Below, one piece after another: positions 23,601 to 34,222 of a DNA stretch of 64,000 nucleotides. Both the position numbers and the translations under genes were made by a program. The notes beneath the pieces are model-generated. The model made no database searches and had not been told where the DNA came from. It saw only the letters and a program-made list of their open reading frames with translations. The stretch covers positions 372,001 to 436,000 of the forward strand of contig NW_013657661.1 of the NCBI RefSeq assembly GCF_000142905.1. The letters are read 5' to 3'. Positions within the stretch are counted from its first letter, which is position 1, and each line of letters starts with the position of its first letter. The stretch is from Thecamonas trahens ATCC 50062. Lineage: Eukaryota > Protista > Apusomonadida.

Positions 23601-25409
23601 GAGAGGACGTGGGTAGCCGAAGCAACCGAGACGCCGTGCAGGGCGCGCGCGACGCGCTGGTAGTTCTCGTTATCGTCAAGGGCAGGATACGCGGCTGAGA
23701 GACCGTTGAGAAAGGGTACAAACGGATGGTTGGGGAACGACGGCAGGGCGCGGGCTTGAGAGACGAGGGCTCGGAGGCGCGAGGCGACGTGCGAGGGCAG
23801 CCTCGTGGCCAAGGCCATGACCTCGATGAGGCCGCCAGAAAAAGCCGCAGGCGACGAGCCAATGAGGAGGCGACCAGCAATGGCAAAGACATAGGCCCGG
23901 GTGGGGGTGGCTACCAGCGGCGGGATGGTGGCGAGAACAGAGATGACATTGGTTGGTGCCAGGCCGAGGCGGGCGAGCATGGGCGCGTTCCACTCGGGCA
24001 AGTCCGACATGGCTGTGAGGAGAGCGTGCGCGAGCTGCGTCGAGCGGGCTGCAAACTGAAGCGGGAGCGAGTCAGAGATGCCGAGGGCGGCGAGCCATGT
24101 GGTGACAAACATGGTGAGCTCAAAGGCCTGCACATGCATGAGAATCGGGGTAGAAACAAGCGAGTGCTCACCAAACATGTCGGAGAGATGGCCAAAGGCG
24201 AGGACGGCCGGATGGCTTGTGTGTGAGGAGAGGGCGCGCTCGGTGGTGATGGCCAGGATGCGGGCAGCGAGAAAGGCGCGGAGGAGGGCGAGCGCAAACG
24301 AGGAGCCGAGCACCGAAGGCAGGGCGGAGACGTGCTGCTCGACGGTGCTGGCGAGTGCCGGTGCCATCTCAACCACAAACTTGAGCAAGGTGGCATCAGG
24401 TGCGTCGCCGGGCAGCAGCGTTGACTTGGCCAGCGCCTTGACCTTGGCGAGGATAGCCCACAGCTGGGCCGAGCCCATGTAGGCCGCATCGGCCGTCGAG
24501 TCCGACAGCGGCGATGACGAGAGCGCAGCGGCCACAGCATCCGACGGAGCAACATGCGAGGAGAGAGCCTCGAGAACAGCCGCAAGCGAGTCAAGGGCAT
24601 CGACAGCGAGACGAGCAGTGAGCGGTGACCCGCCGCCAAAGTACGCCCTCAGCACTGTAGTCATGTAGTGAATGACGAGCGGGTGCGGTCTATCTGCGGT
24701 GACGAAGACAGCAAGTACAGATGGAGCCCTTGCCGAGGGCTTACGCAACGGAGTCCCACCAGGACTCCTCGGCTCATCTGCCGGAATCAGTAGCGTGTCG
24801 GCCTCGGTGAGGAAGACATCGACCTGTGTCAGCAGGCCCAGCAGACGTGCCCGCAGTGCCGGCGGCGCATGTTCAGGCCGCGGCGGGCCCGGGAGTGCCG
24901 GGAACGACGACGACGTCGCACCCATGACCACCTACACCTACACACCGTACAAGCAGGGGGTATGGGTGTGCGAGGGTGGGGGGGGGGAGTCGTGTGTGTG
25001 AAGGGGGTGTGGGGGGGGGGTNNNNNNNNNNNNNNNNNNNNNNNNNNNNNNNNNNNNNNNNNNNNNNNNNNNNNNNNNNNNNNNNNNNNNNNNNNNNNNN
25101 NNNNNNNNNNNNNNNNNNNNNNNNNNNNNNNNNNNNNNNNNNNNNNNNNNNNNNNNNNNNNNNNNNNNNNNNNNNNNNNNNNNNNNNNNNNNNNNNNNNN
25201 NNNNNNNNNNNNNNNNNNNNNNNNNNNNNNNNNNNNNNNNNNNNNNNNNNNNNNNNNNNNNNNNNNNNNNNNNAGCTCTGGCTGACGCCAACCATCGCTC
25301 CGAACGGCATGTGCCAGCCGAATCGGTGGCCGGCCAATGAGCGCGACTTGCGGGGGATGGACGTCGTGCTCGGCGGATCGGATCGGTGTAACACCAGCCA
25401 ATGTGTCAT
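2619..25409 (-). CDS. Giant (~7,400 aa) coiled-coil protein: helical N-terminal domain, very long rod, basic Ser/Arg/Lys-rich C-tail; five 1-nt frame breaks and two internal gaps
   Basis: ORFs 23045-24931, 22785-23048, 17086-22668, 16400-17194, 9102-16817, 6593-9784 and 2619-6923 join into one E/A/L/R/K-rich protein if one base is added at ~23150, ~22862, ~17286, ~16818 and ~7004. Putative first exon starts at ATG 25409 (MTHWLVLH..., runs into the N-gap), with a TAG acceptor just before 24931. Confidence 0.75.
4600..6480 (-). repeat. Coding tandem array with 21/28/35/39-aa unit variants (TERDLARADADGLRTELDALREQ...)
   Basis: Near-identical 63-117 bp DNA units; contains an N-gap at 5498-5603. 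Confidence 0.95.
8400..10620 (-). repeat. Coding tandem array, 135-bp / 45-aa unit (VRLEAEKEVLERRIAAVDEQATDTATSAARVAELEAEVTAKDEAV)
   Basis: CCTCCTTCTCGGCCTCAAGC recurs at 8413, 8548, 8683... (period 135); the array is interrupted by an N-gap at 9115-9777. Confidence 0.97.
18600..20130 (-). repeat. Coding tandem array of mixed 21-aa (ADAEAKAKELGEVRQALETAQ) and 14-aa (ADAESKAKELVEAQ) units
   Basis: 63-bp and 42-bp near-identical units are visible in both DNA and translation. Confidence 0.95.
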
Positions 25410-25700
25410 CGGGGAAGGGGGGGGGGGGGGAGGGGGTAGAAGTGGGAGATCGGGGTTGTAGGGTTGGTGGATGGGAGATCGGAGGTGGAAGGGTGGGTGG
25501 GTGCCGGCGTGATAAGTGCGGTGGCTGTGTCGGCCGTGTCGGTGCTGTCGGGGACGTGGCTGTGTCAGACGGTCGGTGCAGTTGTGTCTATCTCGGGCCA
25601 GGGGGCGGGGACGGGGACGGAGACGGGGCGGGCACTCGTCTCTTGTTGCGTGTGGAGGAAGAGTCGGCGGAGATACGGAAGAGAAAGAGGGCGTGAGAGC

Positions 25701-26336
25701 ATGGCGGTGGATTTGCAGACGGCGTTGGACATGGGCATGAGCGAGGCGCAGCTGGCCGAGGTCCGTGAGCTGGGCGAGGAGGCGGCGTGGTCGCTGTCGA
25801 CGGCCAAGACAGGCTTCCCGGTCGATCATCTGCGAGATGGCTCGACGGAAACATACTGGCAGTCGGACGGACCGCAGCCGCATCTGGTCAACATCCAGTT
25901 TCCCAAGAAGATGGCCATCACACATCTCGCCCTCCACGTCGACTATCGCCACGACGAGTCGTACACGCCGCGGACACTCTCGCTCCGCATCGGGACCAAC
26001 TACCACGACCTGGTCGAGCTCGAGGTTGTCGAGCTGGATCAGCCGGCCGGATGGGTCGTCATTCCGCTGCGGACGGCGGCGGCGGCGGCACGGGCGGCCC
26101 GGCGGGCGGAAGCGCTGGAGAATGGCGAGGAGCCCGACGATGACGACGCCGCAGACCTCGACGCCGTGGTGCGGACCAACTTTCTCCAAGTCGCCGTCGT
26201 CTCCAACCATCAGAACGGACGCGATACACACATTCGCCAGATGCGGGTCTTTGGGCCGAAGCGGAGCGTCGCCCTCCCTGGCCACATCCCGCACTTTGGC
26301 ACCGTCGAGATGCAGCAGTTTGCCATCCTGCGATGA
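25701..26336 (+). CDS. ANAPC10: Anaphase-promoting complex subunit 10 (DOC1)
   Basis: WSLSTAK..., LRDGSTETYWQSDGPQPHLVNIQF, DESYTP, NHQNGRDTHIRQ. Confidence 0.97.
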   Translation: MAVDLQTALDMGMSEAQLAEVRELGEEAAWSLSTAKTGFPVDHLRDGSTETYWQSDGPQPHLVNIQFPKKMAITHLALHVDYRHDESYTPRTLSLRIGTNYHDLVELEVVELDQPAGWVVIPLRTAAAAARAARRAEALENGEEPDDDDAADLDAVVRTNFLQVAVVSNHQNGRDTHIRQMRVFGPKRSVALPGHIPHFGTVEMQQFAILR

Positions 26337-26361
26337 CAACCATGGACAAGCATGGGGTGGT

Positions 26362-27141
26362 TTATGCTGTGTCGGTCGGTGGAGGGGGGGAAGGAGGCGA
26401 GGAGGCAGAAGCGGGAGCAGCTTCGGCATCACTAACGGCAGCGGCAGCAGCGGCGGTAGCGCGGGCAGAGACGTCAAAGCGGATAAAGTCGACCTCGATA
26501 TCGACCGATTTCTTCTTGTGGAACTTGTACGTGTTAGGCAGTTCGTAGCGGAGCTCTGCAAGGACGTGTGCGTCAACGCCGTGCTTGGCCGCAAACTTGA
26601 GGAGGAATCGCCGGGTCGACGACTTGTGGAGCGAGTAGACGGCCGAGGTGGCGAGATCAAAGGCGACAGCGAGGAACTTAGTGTCGAGGCCCTTGTGCTT
26701 CTTGGTGCCAAACGGCGGGTTGAGGATGACCGTTCTGCAGCACCGCGGCGAGAGACCGGTCTCTGATGGAGTGCCTTCCGTCAGCGTCTCGCCCAGAGCC
26801 AGCACATCGCCCGCAACAAACGTCACGCCCGTCGGCGCGTCGAGCTCGCCGGCGTCGACCAGGAGAGCCAAGTTCTCCTCGGCAGCCATTCTCGCCTCGT
26901 CATCGATCTCCACCCCGGTCACCGACTCTGCACCACCCAGGGCACATGCCAGCGAGAGCATACCCGTTCCCGATCCCAGATCAACCACATGGGCGCCCTC
27001 GACATCGCCGTAGCCCTCATCCATAGTCGCCACCATGTGCGAGGCAATCTCCGCAGACGTCGGGTACTGCTCCAGCACGATCTTGGGCGCAGGGAAAGCT
27101 GCCTTGGCCCGGGACAGGGCCCACTCGATCTCCCTCTGCAT
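26362..27141 (-). CDS. METTL5: 18S rRNA N6-adenosine methyltransferase
   Basis: PKIVLEQYPTS, DLGSGTGML, NPPFGTK, VYSLHKSSTR, YKFHKKKSVDIEVD. Confidence 0.96.
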   Translation of the reverse strand: MQREIEWALSRAKAAFPAPKIVLEQYPTSAEIASHMVATMDEGYGDVEGAHVVDLGSGTGMLSLACALGGAESVTGVEIDDEARMAAEENLALLVDAGELDAPTGVTFVAGDVLALGETLTEGTPSETGLSPRCCRTVILNPPFGTKKHKGLDTKFLAVAFDLATSAVYSLHKSSTRRFLLKFAAKHGVDAHVLAELRYELPNTYKFHKKKSVDIEVDFIRFDVSARATAAAAAAVSDAEAAPASASSPPSPPPPTDTA

Positions 27142-27869
27142 GGTTCGAGGTGTATGTGTGTGGGGGGGGGGTAGAGGAGAGGTTACGGGTAGCGGGGGGG
27201 GGGTGCCCCTGCCCGCCCTCGGTGTGTGATGGGCCATTTGGGACAGTCACACAGTTTGAGAGAGCCAAGTCATTGGATCGCCGTGACGATCTGGGTGGGT
27301 TTGATGTGGAGGTGGCGGTGAGGAGATGCAGTGGGAGGGGTAGATGACCCGGGTGCGGTTGTGCTTGTAAGCGCTTGCCAGTCACGAGAGAGCCATCTGG
27401 ACAAGGATCATCGTTTGTCGTCGCAGTGGGTCGGTTCACAAAGGGGAAACCGGAGGCGGCAGCTTGTTAGAGGCAATCAAAGATGCGATTAGGAGCTTTT
27501 GCGCTCAGATGTTCAGTTTAGGGGGTAAAGATGGTGGTACCAAGTGTGCACAATGGAGATGGAGGAGTTGACTTGTGTCTTGCCTCACACATGGTGTGTG
27601 TGCAGTTGCAGAATGCCAAACCGACTGCGACGGATTTGGGATCAATCGTTCTCGAGCTATGATCTGGAACAGACACGACCAGGCGTTGTGGGCGATGGCA
27701 GCTGCGATAGAGACAGGACTACCGCCCCTTATACACCAGCAGTCTTAGTGCAAGTTGCTGGTGCCACCAAGCCACAACTGCAGTTGCACGTGCCTTGCGC
27801 GTGGCGTGCGAGCGGGTTCCCAGACGGACACAACCGACTGACTCACTCGACTCAACGCGAGGCGGCGAC

Positions 27870-28832
27870 ATGGCGGACGGGCCGGCGGGAGACGCACAGC
27901 GGACGGCAGTGGCTGGTCTGAGTGTGCGGGTGCTTAAGGCGCGGCTACAGGCGGCGGGCGTGCCGAGCCGCGGCATGGTGGAGAAGGACGAGCTGGTGGC
28001 GGCGGTGCTGGCGCTGGGCGGCGAGGGGCATGGCACGGAAGCGTCGGACGAGGCGGCGATGTGTAAGTTCTGCCACGAGGGAGGCGAGACCCAGGTGGTG
28101 GCCGAGTACGGACCACTCATTGCTCCGTGCGCGTGTACCGGATCGCTTGGCCACGTCCATCGCGGGTGTCTGGACGCGTGGCGCGACGCCGGATCGCACC
28201 CGGACGCTGCGGTTGCGTGCCAGATCTGCGGCGAGCGATACGTGACTGCGCATCTGCCGCCGCGCGGCGGGCAGGCTGCGGTCTGGCGCTCGCTGGCCTT
28301 GCTCGGATGCGAGTATGGCGTGGCGCTGGCTGCTCTGATTGCGGCGGTGCTGGTGTGCGGCGTGCTGGCGGCGCGATGGCGGGTGCTGGAGCAGCTGGGC
28401 GAAATGTTTGATGCGTATCTGGCCATGGTCCAGCCACAAGTGGCTGCCGGGCAAGAGAGCGCCGGCGAGGCGGAGCAGGTGCTCGGCATGCTGGGCGAGT
28501 TCGGGCACACCCTCCTGGCGGGCTCGCTGGCGTTCTCGATCGTGATCGGCCTTGTGGGTGCGCTGCTTGCGGCCGGCGGTGTGGTCGACACGCCAGACCT
28601 CTCGCGGTGCCGGTGCATGGCGATTGGATTTGGCGGCCCGCTGGTGGTTCTCCTCATCGGCGCTGCCGTGTTGTACGGCCAGCTTGTCGCCGGCCAGCTT
28701 GCGTGGCGGGCGGGGCGACGAGCGTGGGACCGGCATCTCGAGCGAGTGTATGGCTCGGCGCGGGCTGTCGACCGGATCGTGGTTGTTGATTGGCCCGGCC
28801 ATCGTCAGTCTGGAGCCGAATCGTCGACGTAA
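27870..28832 (+). CDS. Membrane RING-CH (RINGv/MARCH-type) E3 ubiquitin ligase with an N-terminal SAP/HeH-like motif
   Basis: CKFC...LIAPCACTGSLGHVHRGCLDAW...CQICG; LSVRVLKARLQAAGV...EKDELV; three hydrophobic segments. Confidence 0.88.
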   Translation: MADGPAGDAQRTAVAGLSVRVLKARLQAAGVPSRGMVEKDELVAAVLALGGEGHGTEASDEAAMCKFCHEGGETQVVAEYGPLIAPCACTGSLGHVHRGCLDAWRDAGSHPDAAVACQICGERYVTAHLPPRGGQAAVWRSLALLGCEYGVALAALIAAVLVCGVLAARWRVLEQLGEMFDAYLAMVQPQVAAGQESAGEAEQVLGMLGEFGHTLLAGSLAFSIVIGLVGALLAAGGVVDTPDLSRCRCMAIGFGGPLVVLLIGAAVLYGQLVAGQLAWRAGRRAWDRHLERVYGSARAVDRIVVVDWPGHRQSGAESST

Positions 28833-29247
28833 TGCGTCGCGATCCTGGATGGGGTCGTCGTGGTGTAGTCGTAGTCTGTGTGTACAGTAGTGATATGTAG
28901 GTGAAGCTAGGTCAAGGACGTGTCATAGGGGATAGGTGGTCCCCTCTTGTCCAAGGTTTTTGCTCATCTGGATGTGTTCTGCCTTCGATACGAGCAGCAG
29001 ATAGCCATATGGGTCCCGGCTATCCAAGCTTGTGTCAAGGCCGTTTCTTTCGTGAGAATGAAAAAACAACAATTAATCGATCCTTCCCGCCTCGTCCGAG
29101 TAACTCCCCCTTTTCCCCCGGGTCGTCGCCAAATGGGTTGCACTCACGCACGCCAGTAGCCTCACCGTCTCTGCCGCGCCTCGCCACGCCGCTGCACCGT
29201 GGTCTGGCTGCAGCTCTACCACCACCGCTCTCTCTGCTCTCCGCACC

Positions 29248-30156
29248 ATGCAGAGCGCACGGGCCACGCTGGGTATTCTTCTCGCAGCCCTGGCGGGCCT
29301 CCTCCTCACCACCATGCTTGCACCGACCTCGGGTCCGGACGGACTGCCGCTCCCGGCCTCGTTGCCTGCCCCGCTCCTCGCGGCTGCCCGCGACTGCGGC
29401 GACTCTCCGCCGCCATCGCCGACTCGGTGCGAGCCAGCCCGCTGCGGGCGGCTTGCCGTCGATGGCATTGTTTCGCCCGAGCATGCTGACGCCCTGCGCG
29501 CGCTGATGGACGCCGCGCTGGCTGTCGGCGGCGGCGGATCAGGTGGCGTCTCCATCCTTGACCTGACCTCGGGCGCCGTCTCGCATCGCAACCGCTTTGC
29601 GGATCTCTTCCGGCTCCTTGCCGCCCGTCCAGAAGCTGGCCGACTGGACGCTACCGCGCTGGATGTCTACGCGCACGTTGTGACCTCTGTCCGCGATCTT
29701 ATCGCCAGCGTGTTCGAGGCCGAGACCGGCCGGCAGCTCTACCTCTCGTCGCCGACGTTTTTCTCGCGATTCAACGGGAGCCAGCCGCCGGCAACCGATC
29801 ACGACGAGTACTGGCACACACACGTCGACACGGTTGCCTATCCAGATTTTACCTATACCGGTCTGGTGTATCTCGCCGATCCGGCTGCGGTAGATGGCGG
29901 TGACGGCGACGGCGACGGCGACGGCGACGGCTTTGCTGGCGGCGAGTTTGAGTTCACCGACACCGCCTCCCGCATCGTACCGCGCAAGGGCCGGATTCTT
30001 GTCTTTTCGTCTGGCGGCGAGAACCCGCACCGGGTCCGGCGAGTCACCGCGGGCCTCCGCTACGCTCTCACCATCTCGTTCACCTGCGACCCCGCGCGTG
30101 GCATCGACGACGCTGACTTTTTGGCACGGGCCCGTGCTGCCGCCACCCAAGCGTAG
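29248..30156 (+). CDS. OGFOD3: 2-oxoglutarate/Fe(II)-dependent oxygenase domain-containing protein 3
   Basis: N-terminal TM/signal; GGVSILDLTSGAVS, PTFFSR, HDEYWHTHVD, FSSGGENPHRV..RYALTISFTCDP. Confidence 0.92.
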   Translation: MQSARATLGILLAALAGLLLTTMLAPTSGPDGLPLPASLPAPLLAAARDCGDSPPPSPTRCEPARCGRLAVDGIVSPEHADALRALMDAALAVGGGGSGGVSILDLTSGAVSHRNRFADLFRLLAARPEAGRLDATALDVYAHVVTSVRDLIASVFEAETGRQLYLSSPTFFSRFNGSQPPATDHDEYWHTHVDTVAYPDFTYTGLVYLADPAAVDGGDGDGDGDGDGFAGGEFEFTDTASRIVPRKGRILVFSSGGENPHRVRRVTAGLRYALTISFTCDPARGIDDADFLARARAAATQA

Positions 30157-30649
30157 GCACTGCACCACATCGACTCTCTGCGTCGCACTCGAACTTGGCC
30201 TTGGTGATGAGAGCGGAGAGCGAGATTAGAGTGGAAGCAAGGGAAGGTCGAGCGTGAGTAGCTCAAGGCCAAGGCCATGGCCAGATCGCCATCCTCCCCC
30301 CCCCCCCCTCCTAACCCCTCCGCCCCCTCCACCCCTCCCCCCATCAAACCAACCATCCATCCATCCCCTCATCCACCGACCTCGCCCAGACGCTCTCTCC
30401 CAAATCCGCCACGTCTTTCCCATTTTTGACCGTTGGCGCGCTATCTCCGGCCCAGCACCCCCCCCCCCTGGCACGGCCGTCCTCCCGCTATTATATGGAT
30501 GGAAAACGACCCCATTTTTCGACCGTTGGCGCGCAATCTCCGGCCAACCACCCTCCCCCAGCCCCCCCCTCCCCCTCTACCATCCCCACAGCACACCCAT
30601 CTCCACCCCCCACCCCCCTGCGAGTGCGACCCAGGAGGAGCGGCGAGGT

Positions 30650-33600
30650 ATGGTGTATACGGTGACACTGTCTGGAAGCCATGGGCGTATCTGGACAACC
30701 AAGCCCAGGGTTGCCCGCAATGGTGTCCTCACTCTGGTGGCTAACTCGCTCAACGGCTCGGCCACCCGGACGCCATTCACAGCTGCTGCCTTTGCGCCCT
30801 CGGGAGCCACCTTTACTCTTGCTGATGCTGCTGGCAAGTGTTACACCTTCCATGTCCTCTCCAATCGATACTCGCTGCTGCACTCTGCTAATGGCCCGCC
30901 ATCGGCTCTTGCCCATGCTGCTGCTGATCTTGTCATCGCTCCGCCAAGAAAGCCTCTCGCTGTCGTCTCGGGCTCTACTGGCGCTCCGCTCGCCGCCCTG
31001 AGGGGTCACCGCAAGCCGGTTGCCGCTGTTTCAGTCTCAAAGCTGGGCGTTCTCACTGTCTCGCCCGACGCCGCCCTGCTGTGGGATCCACTCGGCTGGG
31101 CCAAGACCCGTGCCCTCGGCGGCGAGAGCGACGACGGTGCAGCTGTCCCGCTGCGAACGGCAGCGCTCGGCGACACCGTCGCGGTCACCGTCCTAGCCAC
31201 CGGTGCGATTGTTCTGTGGGACGGCGCTTCGTTCAGCGCCACCTATCAGCTGCACCTGCCCAAGGCCGAGCTCGAGCTCGACGTGACTGGCGTCGCGCTC
31301 TCGGGTGACGACCGCTACGTCCTCGGCTGGGGCGCGGCGCCGACGCTGGGCGTGGCAGTGTGGCGGACCGTCGACGGCTCGCTGGCCAAGATCTTCTACC
31401 TGCCTGCTGCCGCCCGCGGCGTCGTTGCCGGCGCCTTTGTCCCGCCGGACGGCAATGCGCACTGGAGCCTACCGAGTCACTCGCCGGTCCTCGCTCTGCT
31501 GTGTGACAACGGCGTGCTGTACTTTGTCTCGCTCGCCTCGGGCGTCGTGCTGGCGCAGATTGGCGGCAAGACTCGCCCGCTGACTGGCTTTGCACTCTCA
31601 CCGTTTGGCCGCTACTGTGTGGCGCTCACACACGACGGCCATGCTGCGCTGTACGACCTCGAGGTGGTTGGCGCTCGAGCAAGCTCGAGCTCCACCTCGA
31701 GTGCGGCGTCGGGCGAGACGCTGGTGGCCAAGTCGTACGGGCCCGACGCGACGCCGGCGATGCCGGTTCCGTCTGCGGCCGAGAAGCGGCAGCAAGCGCG
31801 CAAGGGCAAGTCGAGCGCTGGCTCGTCGACCTTTGCGCATCCGTCGTCGGCGGCAACCGGCAAGCTTCGTGGTGGATGGACCAAGTCCGGCTGGCCTGGC
31901 GCGTCCAAACCGGCGCCGCGGGCCGATCCGCCGCTGGATGTGCGGGCGGGGAAGACCGGATCGGCGTCGGCGCTGCTCTCTGCCGACAAGCTCGCCTCGC
32001 TCCTCCTCGAGTACGGCGAGTACCCGTCCAAGTACCGGCTGCTCATTTGGCGGTTCCTCCTCCAGGTTCCGAGCAACAGCGAGGCGTTTGAAGCGCTGGT
32101 GGCCAAGGGAGTCCACGTCTCGTGGTCGCGGCTCGCCGAGACCTACCCGATCTCGTCGCGCAAGCTCTTCAAGCTCCTCGAGCGACAGGTCTCTGCGCTC
32201 GCCCACTGGGCGCCGATCTTTGGCGAGCTCTCGTGGCTCCCGCAAGTCGTCTTTCCCTTTGTCAAGCTCTTTGCCAAGTCGGACGACGTGGTTGTCTTTG
32301 AGGTCCTAGCCACGCTCCTCACCCAGTACACCGGCTCGTGGTACGAGTACTACCCGAACCCACCGATCAACACGCTCGCCCACGTCGAGGCGGTCCTCGA
32401 AACTGGTTATCCGGAGCTCGCGGCGCACTTTGCGGCCGTCGGCTTCTCGATGGTCGAGGTTGCGTGGCCGCTGCTCTCCTCGCTCTTCACCGACGTCCTC
32501 ACCCGCGGCGAGTGGCTCAAGCTCATGGACCACGTGTTCTCGGGCCCCAAGGACTTGCTCAACTACATTGTTGCCGCCTATCTCGGCGCCTTTTCGTCGG
32601 CGCTGCTGCGGGTGACGTCGCGGAACGACCTCGAGTTCTTCCTCACACACCACAACGCGGTCAACCTCAACGCAGTCCTGCAGGCGGCGTACGGCCTAGT
32701 CGGCCGGGCGCCGGCCGGTCCGGACGCCGGTGCGCCGTTTGTGGCGCTTCCGCCCGGCGCGGCGTATCCCATCTTCAATGCATACCCGCACTTTGTCGTC
32801 AACTACCAAGCCAAGGAGCACGCCCGCATTGCGGCCGACGAGGCCGAGGCCTCGCGCAAGCGGGCGACGATCGAGGAGCTCGCCGCCCGCGCTGCCGCCA
32901 TCGAGGCTGAGGAGGCCGAGTGGCAGCGCCAGCAGGACGAGCTGCTCAAGGCCGAGCAGGTCCGCCGCCGCCAGGCCGCAGAGCTCGAGGCACAGAGCCT
33001 CAAGCAGCGCTCGCTCCTTGACGCCCAGGCCAAGGAGCAGCGGCTTGCTCAGCTGGCGGTCTACGAGGCCTCGCGCAAAAAGTTCATGGAGACCCAGAAA
33101 CGCGCACGCGCCGCCGAGCTGGAGCGTCTTGACGAGGAGCTCGCGCTCGGCCGCTCACGACTGGCGTACGAGATGCGGCAGCGGCTTGAGGAGGAGGCGC
33201 TGCTCAAGCTCGAGTTTACCGCCATGCAGCGACTGCAGGAGATGGAGGCCGAGCGCGAGCGCGAGTCGACCTCAGTCCACCTGCGCACCGAGGCCGAGGC
33301 GCGGCGCAAGCAGGACGAGCTGCAGGAGAAGATGCTGTTCGAGGCGTGGCGACTGGAGGATGAAGAGCGCAAGCTCGAGCAGGAGCTCGCCCGCTCGAAG
33401 CTCTCCAAGCTGGCGTCGCTCGAGGAACAGCTGCGTGCCAAGGCCGCGCTCGACGAAAAGTACCAGCTCGAGCAGCTGGAGAAGGACTTTGCCCTCGCCG
33501 AGGTCAAGCGCGAGCGCCGCCTCCGCCAGCTCGCCGAGGACGAGGCCAACCGTATTGCTCTCGAGCTTGATGAGAAGCGCCGCTACGAGGAGCTCCTCTC

Positions 33601-34222
33601 CAAGCAGGACGAACGCGAGGTCCGGGTCCTCACCGCCGAGGAGCGCAAGTGGCGCCAGGCCAAGGAGGACGAGCGCAAGCGCATCCTCGAGCGCGAGCGC
33701 CGCCGCCAGAAGCTCGAGATGGAGCGCCGCCGAGAGAAGCTGACCCTGCTCGAAAAGGCCCAGCGCCGCCGCGAGTTTGAGGAGGCGCTCGAGGCCAAGC
33801 GTGAAGCTGAAGAGGCCAACGCGCTCGCCGAGGAGAAGGAGCTGCAGGCCGCCGTCCTAGCGCTCGATGAGGAGCGGAACAAGGATCGCGTGCTCGAGGA
33901 GGAGCTCCTCCTCAAGGAGAAGGAGCTCAACGACAAGGTCGCCTTCCAGGCCAAGCTCCGCTCCCTGGAGCAGCAGGTCTACGCCTCGGAGCGCGCCCGC
34001 TTTGCCGCCTTCCGCCACGAGCTCTCGCGCAGGATGGAGCTCGACAACGAAGAGGTCCGCCGCCAGCACGAGCTCGCCCTCCAGCAAGCCGCTGTCGAGC
34101 GCGAGGCAAAGATGGCCGGCCTCGAGGCCGAAGTCCGCGCCCGCGTCGAGGCCGAAGAACTGGCCAAGTTAGAGGCCGATCAGGCCGCTGTCCGTGCCCG
34201 TGCCGCCCGTGTCCGTGCGTAG
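30650..34222 (+). CDS. TBC1D31: TBC1 domain family member 31 (WDR67): WD40 + TBC + coiled coil, centrosomal/ciliary
   Basis: N-terminal GRIW..KP...NG, WD repeats (LRGHRKPV), TBC region YGEYPSKYRLLIWRFLLQVP...LAHWAPIFGE..VFPFVKLF, YPIFNAYPHFVVNYQ, E/R-rich tail. Confidence 0.9.
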   Translation: MVYTVTLSGSHGRIWTTKPRVARNGVLTLVANSLNGSATRTPFTAAAFAPSGATFTLADAAGKCYTFHVLSNRYSLLHSANGPPSALAHAAADLVIAPPRKPLAVVSGSTGAPLAALRGHRKPVAAVSVSKLGVLTVSPDAALLWDPLGWAKTRALGGESDDGAAVPLRTAALGDTVAVTVLATGAIVLWDGASFSATYQLHLPKAELELDVTGVALSGDDRYVLGWGAAPTLGVAVWRTVDGSLAKIFYLPAAARGVVAGAFVPPDGNAHWSLPSHSPVLALLCDNGVLYFVSLASGVVLAQIGGKTRPLTGFALSPFGRYCVALTHDGHAALYDLEVVGARASSSSTSSAASGETLVAKSYGPDATPAMPVPSAAEKRQQARKGKSSAGSSTFAHPSSAATGKLRGGWTKSGWPGASKPAPRADPPLDVRAGKTGSASALLSADKLASLLLEYGEYPSKYRLLIWRFLLQVPSNSEAFEALVAKGVHVSWSRLAETYPISSRKLFKLLERQVSALAHWAPIFGELSWLPQVVFPFVKLFAKSDDVVVFEVLATLLTQYTGSWYEYYPNPPINTLAHVEAVLETGYPELAAHFAAVGFSMVEVAWPLLSSLFTDVLTRGEWLKLMDHVFSGPKDLLNYIVAAYLGAFSSALLRVTSRNDLEFFLTHHNAVNLNAVLQAAYGLVGRAPAGPDAGAPFVALPPGAAYPIFNAYPHFVVNYQAKEHARIAADEAEASRKRATIEELAARAAAIEAEEAEWQRQQDELLKAEQVRRRQAAELEAQSLKQRSLLDAQAKEQRLAQLAVYEASRKKFMETQKRARAAELERLDEELALGRSRLAYEMRQRLEEEALLKLEFTAMQRLQEMEAERERESTSVHLRTEAEARRKQDELQEKMLFEAWRLEDEERKLEQELARSKLSKLASLEEQLRAKAALDEKYQLEQLEKDFALAEVKRERRLRQLAEDEANRIALELDEKRRYEELLSKQDEREVRVLTAEERKWRQAKEDERKRILERERRRQKLEMERRREKLTLLEKAQRRREFEEALEAKREAEEANALAEEKELQAAVLALDEERNKDRVLEEELLLKEKELNDKVAFQAKLRSLEQQVYASERARFAAFRHELSRRMELDNEEVRRQHELALQQAAVEREAKMAGLEAEVRARVEAEELAKLEADQAAVRARAARVRA

